A stretch of 64,000 nt of DNA from Candidatus Entotheonellaceae bacterium. GTDB lineage: Bacteria > Tectomicrobia > Entotheonellia > Entotheonellales > Entotheonellaceae. This document shows, piece after piece, positions 1 to 7,626 of the stretch. The stretch lies in contig OZ250173.1 of NCBI GenBank assembly GCA_965238075.1, positions 2,080,001 to 2,144,000 of the forward strand. The letters are read 5' to 3'. Position numbers and translations under genes: made by a program. The notes beneath the pieces are model-generated. The model did no database searches, was not told the DNA's origin, and saw only the letters and a program-made list of their open reading frames with translations. Within the stretch, counting starts at the first letter, position 1. Each line of letters starts with the position of its first letter.

Positions 1-176
1 GGCGGCACCGGCCAGGGGTGCGGTATGCCGCGGCGGTGATAGGTATCGACGAAGTTGAGCCCGACCGCCTCGTTGCGCAGCCGAACCTCGCCGGGACCCG
101 GTGCCGGTACGTCGATGGCCTCCCAGCGCAACACGTCGGGCGCTCCTTTCTTATGGATCACCGCTGCCATCGGCAT
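1..176 (-). CDS. NADPH:quinone oxidoreductase (zeta-crystallin/Qor, MDR family), N-terminal part; runs off the window start
   Basis: Not in the ORF track. Manual translation from ATG 176 gives MPMAAVIHKKGAPDVLRWEAIDVPAPGPGEVRLRNEAVGLNFVDTYHRRG, a typical Qor N-terminus. GGAGG RBS upstream. Confidence 0.85.
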   Translation of the reverse strand, partial: MPMAAVIHKKGAPDVLRWEAIDVPAPGPGEVRLRNEAVGLNFVDTYHRRGIPHPWPVP

Positions 177-231
177 CGTTTGCTTTCCTCCTGCGTTATT
201 CAATCCTTCACCAGAGCAGGAAATTCGGGCA

Positions 232-1404
232 TCAAGGCGTGGTGGCGCGCATCGAGCCCGGGTGTCCGGGCAGCGCCAGCTTGCGGCCCGTGTCGATAAT
301 CTGACCGTCCTGCACCTTGAAAACGCTCACATCGGCATCCAACAGGTTGGCGACCAGCAGCCAGCGGCCATCCGGGCTGAAGGCCAGCGCTTCGGGAACG
401 CCGCCGGCCGGCAGTTCCGCCACGTGGCGCACGCCCGAATCGCTGATCTCGAACACCTGGATGCAGCCCGGGCTGCGCAGAAACCAGGCGTCCGGCGGCG
501 CGTCGCTGCCGCACAGATTGCCGGTCACCGCCAGGCGGCTGTCCGGGCTGATGGTGATGCCCTCCGGCGCGTCGCCCGCCGCCAGGTGGTCGATGACGCG
601 CGGCGGATTGTGCTGCAAGTCGATCACGGTGATCGAGTCGATGTTACCGTCGGAGCGCCCGTTGTTGCCCGTGTTGGCCACGATGGCCAGGCGTCCGTCG
701 GGGGTGATGTCGGCGTTGTACGGGTAATCGCCAACCGCCAGGTCCGGCCCGACGAGGGTGACCTCGGCGCCGTCGATGGCCAGAAATGAGACCTGATCCG
801 TGCTGGCCTTGTTGATCATGGCGCGTTTGCCGTCCGGGGTGAACGCCACGTGGGTAACCTGATCGCCCGTTTCCACCGTGCCCTCGAAACGCACCTGCTT
901 GCCCGCGATGCTGAGCACCGACACGGACGTCTCGGCGCGGTTGGCGATGATCGCCAGGCGCCCGTCGGGGCTGATGGCCATGCCGGAGGGTTGGCGGCCC
1001 ACGGTGAGGGTGTCGATGACCCGCGGCGGGTTCGCCTCCAGGTCGATGACGTGCAGTTTGTCGCTGGGCATGAACTTCGGCGGCGAGGCGTCGGGATCGA
1101 TCCTCACGGCTTCCGCCACCAGCGCCAGGCGGTTGTCCGCGGTGACGGCCAAGTTGGTCGGCGGACCAAAGATGCTGTTCGGCACCTCAACGGTGGCGCG
1201 CAGCGTCGGGCCGTCCGGGCCGATGTCGATGACGGACACGGATTGCACACCCTGCGGGTCGATCTGCAGCTTGCCGTCGACGACCAGGGCCTTGTTGTCG
1301 TTGCCCGCGATGACCACCTGCGCCAGCGGGGTCGAGGGGAATTGGACGGCCAGCGCAACGGCCAGCGGTGCCAGCAGCCAACGAATGCTTGGAATGGTTC
1401 TCAT
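232..1404 (-). CDS. Secreted YVTN/YncE-like (lactonase-family) beta-propeller protein
   Basis: Signal peptide-like N-terminus. Repeated blades of the type A(I/F)(S/T)PDGRLA(I/V)VAN...(V/I)SV(I/L)D. Confidence 0.8.
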   Translation of the reverse strand: MRTIPSIRWLLAPLAVALAVQFPSTPLAQVVIAGNDNKALVVDGKLQIDPQGVQSVSVIDIGPDGPTLRATVEVPNSIFGPPTNLAVTADNRLALVAEAVRIDPDASPPKFMPSDKLHVIDLEANPPRVIDTLTVGRQPSGMAISPDGRLAIIANRAETSVSVLSIAGKQVRFEGTVETGDQVTHVAFTPDGKRAMINKASTDQVSFLAIDGAEVTLVGPDLAVGDYPYNADITPDGRLAIVANTGNNGRSDGNIDSITVIDLQHNPPRVIDHLAAGDAPEGITISPDSRLAVTGNLCGSDAPPDAWFLRSPGCIQVFEISDSGVRHVAELPAGGVPEALAFSPDGRWLLVANLLDADVSVFKVQDGQIIDTGRKLALPGHPGSMRATTP

Positions 1405-1576
1405 AGTGGTGGGACTCCTTCAGCCAAATGCCGCGCGATGTTTTCTTTGGGGTCGTTTCAGGGCGGCGATTATAGCACGCCGGGATGCGGTCGCCTCTGG
1501 CGGTTGGCGTCCCCGTCCCCTATGATGGGCGCCTTTTCGTTACCGAATGGGGCACTCATCACAGAAGGGGGAACGT

Positions 1577-2365
1577 ATGGATCGGGTAGCTGCCGCGGCC
1601 GACTTCCTGGCGGAACTGCGGCGTACACGGAGCGTTGCGCAGGCGCTGCCGGAAACCTGCCGACCGGTGGAAGCGTCCGAAGCCTACGCTGTGCAGGCCG
1701 CCCTCGTCGAGCGGCTCCTGGCGCCGTCGCACGGGCACGCGGTGGGCTACAAAGTGGCGTGCACCAACAAGCTGGCGCAAGACCTGTTGCGCGTCGACGG
1801 GCCGTTCTGCGGCCGGCTGTTGTCACCGACGGTCTATGCGCCGCCGGCCCGCTTGCCTGCTGGCGACTTCGTGCACCGTATCCTCGAAGCGGAATTCGCC
1901 TTTGAGATGGCCGACACGGTGCCCGCCGCCGCCGAGCCCTACACCGCGGAATCCATTGCCCCCTTCGTGGCTGCCATCCTGCCGGCTATCGAGATTGTCG
2001 ATTGGCACTACGTGGACTGGACTGCGGCCGGGGCGCTGTCGCTGATTGCCGACAACGCCATCCACGGCGCCTGGATCGTCGGTGAGCCGTACGCGGCGTG
2101 GCGCGATCTGGATTTGGCCACGCACGACGTGCGGCTCATCGTCAACGGGCAGGTCATTACGCAAGGCAACGGCGCCGCGGTGCTGGGGCATCCGCTCAAC
2201 GTGATGGCGTGGCTGGCCAATGAGTTGCCCAAATACGGCGGCGCCCTCAAGGCCGGCGACCGGATCAGCACCGGCGTGTGCACGGACGTCTACGAGGGCA
2301 AGGCGGGCGACAGCGTGCGGGCCGATTTCGGCGTCCTGGGCGGAGTCGATCTGGTCTTCGATTAG
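1577..2365 (+). CDS. Fumarylacetoacetate-hydrolase family protein (2-keto-4-pentenoate hydratase-like)
   Basis: Motifs GYKVACT, LEAEFAF, PAIEIVD, LIADNA, VLGHPLN..WLAN, LKAGDRISTG. Start set at the ATG after a purine-rich RBS. Confidence 0.88.
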   Translation: MDRVAAAADFLAELRRTRSVAQALPETCRPVEASEAYAVQAALVERLLAPSHGHAVGYKVACTNKLAQDLLRVDGPFCGRLLSPTVYAPPARLPAGDFVHRILEAEFAFEMADTVPAAAEPYTAESIAPFVAAILPAIEIVDWHYVDWTAAGALSLIADNAIHGAWIVGEPYAAWRDLDLATHDVRLIVNGQVITQGNGAAVLGHPLNVMAWLANELPKYGGALKAGDRISTGVCTDVYEGKAGDSVRADFGVLGGVDLVFD

Positions 2366-2378
2366 CCGGGGGGAATGG

Positions 2379-2936
2379 GTGCGCGTCACGGTTGCAAGTT
2401 GCGGCATTTTGGTTGCATTGCTGGTTTTCAACGCCTTCAGTCCCCTGGCGGCGCAGGAACGCCCGCACATTCCATCCGAATCACGGCAGGAAGCGTTGTG
2501 GCAATACGCAGTGAGGCTCGGCAAGGGCAACGGCCTTATCGGGCGGCCGGCCATTCGCCTGGTGGAGCTCGACAAGGGCGCCGCCATGGCCGACCTTCGG
2601 AAGGGCGAGGTGCATCTGCACCCGGTGCACGCTTTTTCCGGCGTGTCACGTATCGTCGAGCTTTATCTGGCGCACGAATACCTGCATTTCGTGCTGTATT
2701 ACAAGGGCATTCCCGCCGCCGTGCAGCACTGCTGGATGGCCCGTAAGCGCATCGAAAGCACGCTGACGTTCGATTTTCTCGACCGCATCGACCGGCATGG
2801 CACGCTGCGGCGCTCCATGCTCAGGCACGCCACCTTTATTTCCTGGAAGTGGCGCCAGCAGTGCCAGGAGACCAGCGGCTGGTGGCACCCTCGGGTCTTA
2901 CGCCAGGGAATAGACGTACCGCGCTTGGCGAACTAA
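2379..2936 (+). CDS. Hypothetical exported protein with a HExxH zincin-like motif
   Basis: From GTG 2379: hydrophobic signal peptide ending PLAA-Q, LAHEYLH motif, and a later His (QHC). Fills the gap between flanking genes. Confidence 0.6.
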   Translation: MRVTVASCGILVALLVFNAFSPLAAQERPHIPSESRQEALWQYAVRLGKGNGLIGRPAIRLVELDKGAAMADLRKGEVHLHPVHAFSGVSRIVELYLAHEYLHFVLYYKGIPAAVQHCWMARKRIESTLTFDFLDRIDRHGTLRRSMLRHATFISWKWRQQCQETSGWWHPRVLRQGIDVPRLAN

Positions 2937-2963
2937 AGTGGCTTCATCGGGAGGACCGAACAG

Positions 2964-3191
2964 ATGGATGATGTCCTGACCCTGACCCAGATCGAGGCGC
3001 AATTCGCGTCGGAGTGGGTGCTCGTAGAAGATCCGCAGACCAATGAAGCCCTGGAAGTGCAGAGTGGCAAGGTGCGCTGGCATAGCAAGGACCGAGATGA
3101 GGTCTATCGCAAAGCTGTGGTGTTGTGCCCCAAACGGTTTGCCATTCTGTATACCGGCACAATGCCGCAAGGCACGGCAATCGTCTTATGA
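2964..3191 (+). CDS. Small hypothetical protein (DUF5678-like, commonly paired with a retropepsin-like protease)
   Basis: GGAGG RBS. Pattern EWVLVEDP...GKVRWHSKDRDEVYRKA...AILYTG. Stop overlaps the next ATG (ATGA). Confidence 0.75.
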   Translation: MDDVLTLTQIEAQFASEWVLVEDPQTNEALEVQSGKVRWHSKDRDEVYRKAVVLCPKRFAILYTGTMPQGTAIVL

Positions 3192-3570
3192 GTTTCCCCT
3201 TCGATCCTCAACGGGGATTGATCACTGTCCGTGCAGAGTTGTGGGGGCCGACTGGCAGCGCCGTACTCGTCTCGCCATCGACACTGGAGCGACGGGCACG
3301 GTAGTTAACGTCGGTATGTTGGTTGCCATTGGCTACGACCCGGCATTGGTGCCACACCGCGTCCAAGTGACCACGGGAAGCGGTGTTGAGTTTGCGCCAC
3401 GCGTCGTGCTCGACCGAATTATGGCTTTGGGGCAGAAACGTACGGGGTTTTCAGTTCTGGGCCACACCTTGCCACCCAGTGCGGGTGTCGATGGCCTGCT
3501 CGGTCTCGATTCCTTTTCTGGGCGGTGTTTGACTATTGATTTTCGTGCTGGACACGTAACACTTACCTGA
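3188..3570 (+). pseudogene. Retropepsin-like (clan AA) aspartic protease, frameshifted near 3267
   Basis: ATG 3188 reads MSFPFDPQRGLITVRAELWGPTGSAVL and stops at 3302-3304. The other frame continues RLAIDTGATGT...DGLLGLD with the DTGA catalytic motif. One base is missing at about 3266-3268. Confidence 0.8.
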
Positions 3571-3692
3571 AAGCGTTAAAACGCGAGGCATTTCAGGTCT
3601 CTTTTGCACCGGCAGGGCGTCGTCGGCATACTGGGCCGCCTTGGCCCCTGTGCCATCGGATCGTACAGAGCGAAGAATGGAGAGAGCTGACC

Positions 3693-4472
3693 ATGGCATA
3701 CGAATTTGTTACCTATGAGAAAAAAGGCCGCATCGCGACGGTGACGATCAACCGTCCGGAGCGCATGAACGCCCTGCATCCGCCCGCCAACCTTGAGCTT
3801 CACGACGTCTGGAGCGACTTTCAGGACGATCCCGAGGTGTGGATCGGCATCCTTACCGGCAGCGGCGACAGGGCGTTTTCGGCGGGCAACGATCTGAAAT
3901 ACACGGCCGAACACGGCCTGGGCGGGGTACGCGTCGGCGAGAGTGGCTTCGGCGGCTTGGCCAAGCGCACGAATTGCTGGAAGCCGATCATCGCCGCGGT
4001 CAATGGCTTCGCACTCGGCGGCGGCTTCGAGATGGCGTTGGCGTGCGACATCATCATCGCCGCCGATCACGCCCGCCTCGGCCTGCCCGAACCGCGCGTC
4101 GGGCTGATGGCGGGCGCCGGCGGGGTGCACCGGCTGCCGCGCATGATGCCGCAGAAAATCGCCATGGGCTACATCCTGACCGGCCGCCACATGACGGCGC
4201 AGGAAGCGCACCGCTGGGGCGTCGTCAACGAGGTGGTGCCGCTTGCCGACCTCATGCCTACCGTCCATCGCTGGGCGCAGGACATCCTGGAGGGTGCGCC
4301 GCTGTCCATCCGGGCCAGCAAGCAGGCGGCGATGATGGGGCTTGGCCATCCGCTGGAAATCGCCCTCAACCTGGAGTACACCCAGAATACCGTTATGCGG
4401 CGTTCCGAGGACATCGTCGAGGGGCCGAAAGCCTTTGCCGAGAAACGCAAGCCCAACTGGAAGGGCCGCTAA
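3693..4472 (+). CDS. Enoyl-CoA hydratase/crotonase family protein (CaiD-like)
   Basis: AFSAGNDLK, KPIIAAVNGFALGGGFEMALACD, GLPEPRVG motifs. Confidence 0.92.
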   Translation: MAYEFVTYEKKGRIATVTINRPERMNALHPPANLELHDVWSDFQDDPEVWIGILTGSGDRAFSAGNDLKYTAEHGLGGVRVGESGFGGLAKRTNCWKPIIAAVNGFALGGGFEMALACDIIIAADHARLGLPEPRVGLMAGAGGVHRLPRMMPQKIAMGYILTGRHMTAQEAHRWGVVNEVVPLADLMPTVHRWAQDILEGAPLSIRASKQAAMMGLGHPLEIALNLEYTQNTVMRRSEDIVEGPKAFAEKRKPNWKGR

Positions 4473-4497
4473 GGGCGTCCCTGCTGCGAGAGGAAAG

Positions 4498-5526
4498 ATG
4501 AGCGATCTGCTGCTTCCCACCACCGTCGTCGGCAGCCATGCCTACCCAGGCTGGTTCTTCACTGCCCTTGAGGAAATCGAGCAGGGCCGCTATGGCAGCA
4601 CCGATGCCCGCGAGGCTGTGGACGACGCGGTCAACGCCGCCATCCTGGACCAGGAGCGCGCCGGCGTGGACATCATCTCGGACGGCGAAATGCGCCGCTG
4701 GTACTTCGTGCAGAGCTTCTACCGCCGCATGGAGGGCCTTGAGCGCCTGCCGGAACTGCGCAAGACGGGCGTTTATGGCTACGACATGCCGCCGCGCTAC
4801 CGTCCGGTCGAGCCTGTGACCGTGCCGCAGGGGCTGGGCATTGTCGAGGAGGCGCGTTACGCCCGTCAGGTCGCGCGGCATCCCCTCAAGGTGACCTGTC
4901 CGGGTCCCTTGACCCTGAGCATCCACATTCAGACCCGCGACCAGTCGTTTTACAAAGACCGCCTGGAACTGTGCTGGTCTTTCGTGCCGGTGATCAACGC
5001 CGAGCTCAAGGCACTGGTGGCTGAGGGGATTGACTTGCTGCAGATCGACGAGCCCTCTTACGCCATCGTCCCCGGTACGGCCAAGGATTACCTCGACCTG
5101 TACAACGCCACCGTTGCCGGGGTGGAGGCCAAAATTGCCCTGCACGTGTGTTTCGGCAATCTGGGCAGCCGGCCGCGCGGCCCGCGGCGTTATGCGCCGC
5201 TGTTTCCCACCTTTCATGAGGCGCGGGCGGATCAGTTCGTGCTGGAGTTCGCCAACCGCGAGATGAAGGAGATCGAGCGCGTCAGGGAGTTCTGCGAAGG
5301 GCGTGAAGTGGGGCTGGGCGTCGTGGACGTGAAATCGTTCTACGTGGAGCCGGTGGAGGAGATCGCTGCCCGGATTCGTGAGGGCTTGCAGTACATCGGG
5401 CCTGAAAAGGTGTTCATCAATCCCGACTGCGGCTTTTTTCAACTGCCGCGTTGGCTCGCCGTGTTGAAACTGCGGCGCATGGTGGAAGCTACCCAATTGG
5501 TACGGCGTGAGCTGACCGGCGGGTAG
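4498..5526 (+). CDS. Cobalamin-independent methionine synthase II family (MetE C-terminal-like) protein
   Basis: LPTTVVGS, DIISDGEMRR, LQIDEP, Zn ligands HVC and NPDCG. Confidence 0.9.
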   Translation: MSDLLLPTTVVGSHAYPGWFFTALEEIEQGRYGSTDAREAVDDAVNAAILDQERAGVDIISDGEMRRWYFVQSFYRRMEGLERLPELRKTGVYGYDMPPRYRPVEPVTVPQGLGIVEEARYARQVARHPLKVTCPGPLTLSIHIQTRDQSFYKDRLELCWSFVPVINAELKALVAEGIDLLQIDEPSYAIVPGTAKDYLDLYNATVAGVEAKIALHVCFGNLGSRPRGPRRYAPLFPTFHEARADQFVLEFANREMKEIERVREFCEGREVGLGVVDVKSFYVEPVEEIAARIREGLQYIGPEKVFINPDCGFFQLPRWLAVLKLRRMVEATQLVRRELTGG

Positions 5527-5542
5527 GGAATTTTCGTGTCAT

Positions 5543-5573
5543 GTAGATCGGATTAGCAAAGCGTAATCCGACA
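5543..5573 (+). repeat. GTAG-type REP-like palindrome, family 1
   Basis: GTAG-ATCGGATTAGC-AAA-GCGTAATCCGACA. Close relatives at 15989-16019 and 44358-44388. Lies between convergent genes. Confidence 0.8.
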
Positions 5574-5597
5574 TTCCACTGAGATGAGACGCAGAAC

Positions 5598-5989
5598 CTA
5601 CCTGAAGATCATGTCCTTCATAATCATCCCGAGAAAGCCGAAGGCAATGAAGAAGTAGAGACCTACCAGCCACGAGCGAATTTGTATAACGCTCTGGTTC
5701 AGTTCGTTGAAGCGTTGATTCATCGTCAGCGTTTGTCGTCGAAGCGTTTGTCCACCTGCTCGAAGCGTTTGTCCACCTGCTCGAAGCGTTTGTCCACCTG
5801 CTCGAAGCGCTCATAGATGGCGCTAATGGCAGCGCGCAGTTCAACGACGTCCGCCTTGGTGGCGACCTGGGCGGCAATCGCCGCACTCAGCGCCTCATCG
5901 AGCTCTTCGACGAGAACCTGCGCCTGGGTCTCAGGCATGCCGCTGTCCGACAGCTTGGTTTTCAGTCTTAGTGTGTCAACGACGGGCAT
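5598..5989 (-). pseudogene. DUF1640/CCDC90-like head-coiled-coil-membrane anchor protein, frameshifted near 5735
   Basis: Reads MPVVDTLRLKTKLSDSGMPETQAQVL...VATKADV plus FEQVDKR heptads to TGA 5726. Another frame continues QTLTMNQRFNELNQSVIQIRSWLVGLYFFIAFGFLGMIMKDMIFR* (C-terminal TM helix) to TAG 5598-5600. Confidence 0.75.
5739..5809. repeat. Perfect 21-bp coding tandem repeat x3.4 (encodes the FEQVDKR heptad)
   Basis: TCGAAGCGTTTGTCCACCTGC at 5739, 5760 and 5781, plus a partial copy at 5802. Confidence 0.95.
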
Positions 5990-6054
5990 TGGGTGACTCC
6001 TCGGACGGCTGGAAAAGTCTGGTAGGACACTCTATCACAGAGAGGCTCTGGAAA

Positions 6055-7221
6055 TCACCGCGTCGGCTCAAACACCAGCGGGTAGCGCTTGAGACCGCGA
6101 AAGAGCGGGTTGTCGACGCGCTCGATGGTCCCGTTCGGATCGGGCTCCACGCGGTGCATGCGGCGTAGGATCGTCTCCGTGGCGACGCGTGCTTCAAGCC
6201 GCGCCAGCGGGGCGCCCAGGCAAAAGTGAATCCCGATGCCGAATGCCAGATGCCGGTCGATATGGCGTTCAATATCAAAGCGATCCGGATCCGGGAACAC
6301 CTCCGGGTCGCGATTGGCAGAGCCCCAGAGCAGCAGGACCTTGCTGTCGGCGGGGATTGTCACGCCCCGAACGTCAACCGCTTCCGTGGTAGTGCGGAAG
6401 GTGCCCTGGATGGGCGAATCGTAGCGCAGCACCTCTTCAATCATGCTGTGGATGAACTGGGGCTGCTGGCGTACCTTCAAGCCCTCTGCGGCATGCGTGA
6501 AGAGCGCCAGGGCGCCGTTGCCGATCAGGTTGGTGGTGGTTTCGTTGCCCGCCACGAGCAGCAGCAGGCAGGCGTTGAGAAGCTCGCTCAGGGTGAGCGC
6601 GTCGCGCTCTTCCTGGGCGAGCACCAGCGCCGATACCAGATCCTCCCGCGGCGCGCGGCGACGCGCTTCAATCAACCCCACAAAGTAGGCCTTGAATGCC
6701 TCCCAACTCTCCATGTACTGCGCCATCCGCGCTTCGTTCTGTCCGGCCGCCACAATGTGGATGACGTCGTCGGACCAACGCTTGAAATCGTCCCGGCGCT
6801 CCGGATCCACGCCCAGCATCTCGGCAATGACGATCACCGGTAGCGGATAGGCCAGGTCCTGAACGAGATCAAACGCCCCTTCGTCAATCACCGCATCGAG
6901 CAGTTCGTCCGCAATCGCTTGAATACGTGGCTCCAACTGCGTCACCATGCGGGGCGTAAATGCCTTGCTGACGAGCTTGCGCAGCCGCGTGTGCTCAGGC
7001 GGATCCTGGGTAATCATGGACGCACCGGCTTGGCGATCCGGCCCAACGCCCTGAGCCGAGGAAAAAATCTCGGGCCGGCGTGCGGCTCCCTCGACATCCG
7101 CGTAGCGGCTCAGCACCCAGAAATCCAGTGCTTCGTTGTGATACACCGGGTGCTCGCGCCGCAGCCAGTCGTAGGCGGGATACGGGTTTTCCTTCACCTG
7201 GGGAGCAAATGGATCGTACAT
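6055..7221 (-). CDS. Cytochrome P450
   Basis: DPPEHTRLR, I-helix AGNETT, ExxR (EVLR), heme motif FGIGIHFCLG. Confidence 0.96.
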   Translation of the reverse strand: MYDPFAPQVKENPYPAYDWLRREHPVYHNEALDFWVLSRYADVEGAARRPEIFSSAQGVGPDRQAGASMITQDPPEHTRLRKLVSKAFTPRMVTQLEPRIQAIADELLDAVIDEGAFDLVQDLAYPLPVIVIAEMLGVDPERRDDFKRWSDDVIHIVAAGQNEARMAQYMESWEAFKAYFVGLIEARRRAPREDLVSALVLAQEERDALTLSELLNACLLLLVAGNETTTNLIGNGALALFTHAAEGLKVRQQPQFIHSMIEEVLRYDSPIQGTFRTTTEAVDVRGVTIPADSKVLLLWGSANRDPEVFPDPDRFDIERHIDRHLAFGIGIHFCLGAPLARLEARVATETILRRMHRVEPDPNGTIERVDNPLFRGLKRYPLVFEPTR

Positions 7222-7270
7222 GTGAGCACCTCCACGGGTAAGCGTTCAGAGCGTCGAAACAGAGAGACGC

Positions 7271-7365
7271 AACCCCCCTTGCCCCCTCATCGGGAATTCT
7301 TGAAAGCCTTGCGCGGTCAAAACAACGCCGCCGCCGAAGCCCCCTGACAAGGGGGTTGGGGGGTT
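7271..7365. repeat. REPIN/MITE-like element with C-rich/G-rich inverted ends
   Basis: Left arm AACCCCCCTTGCCCCCTCATCGGG and right arm CCCCCTGACAAGGGGGTTGGGGGGTT are imperfect inverted repeats. The right arm has its own hairpin. Confidence 0.6.
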
Positions 7366-7626
7366 ACGCCAGCGGCAGCCCCGCGGCTCGTGCGCATGTC
7401 TTTGCCCATAGGGTGCCAATCCATCTTGAGCCGCTCTATTGCTGCCGGCAACTCACAGGCTCAGCGAGAAACTCCCGGCAAAATTTGGGGTCGTATTGCC
7501 CCTTTCCCCGACGCCCCGCACGGCTGCGCCAGCGAAAAGCAACCGCCACAGCAAACCGAGCACCAAGACCTGCGTTGAAGGTTGTCAACCGCCTCCTGCT
7601 TGAGTCGTCTTTGCGACGCAGACGGG

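Noticed and set aside
5726-5728. TGA of the DUF1640-like ORF as a selenocysteine codon
   Set aside because: The plausible continuation is in a different frame and there is no redox motif; it is a frameshift.
5739-5809. 21-bp direct repeats as a possible CRISPR array
   Set aside because: The repeats are contiguous with no spacers and encode a heptad; there are no cas genes.
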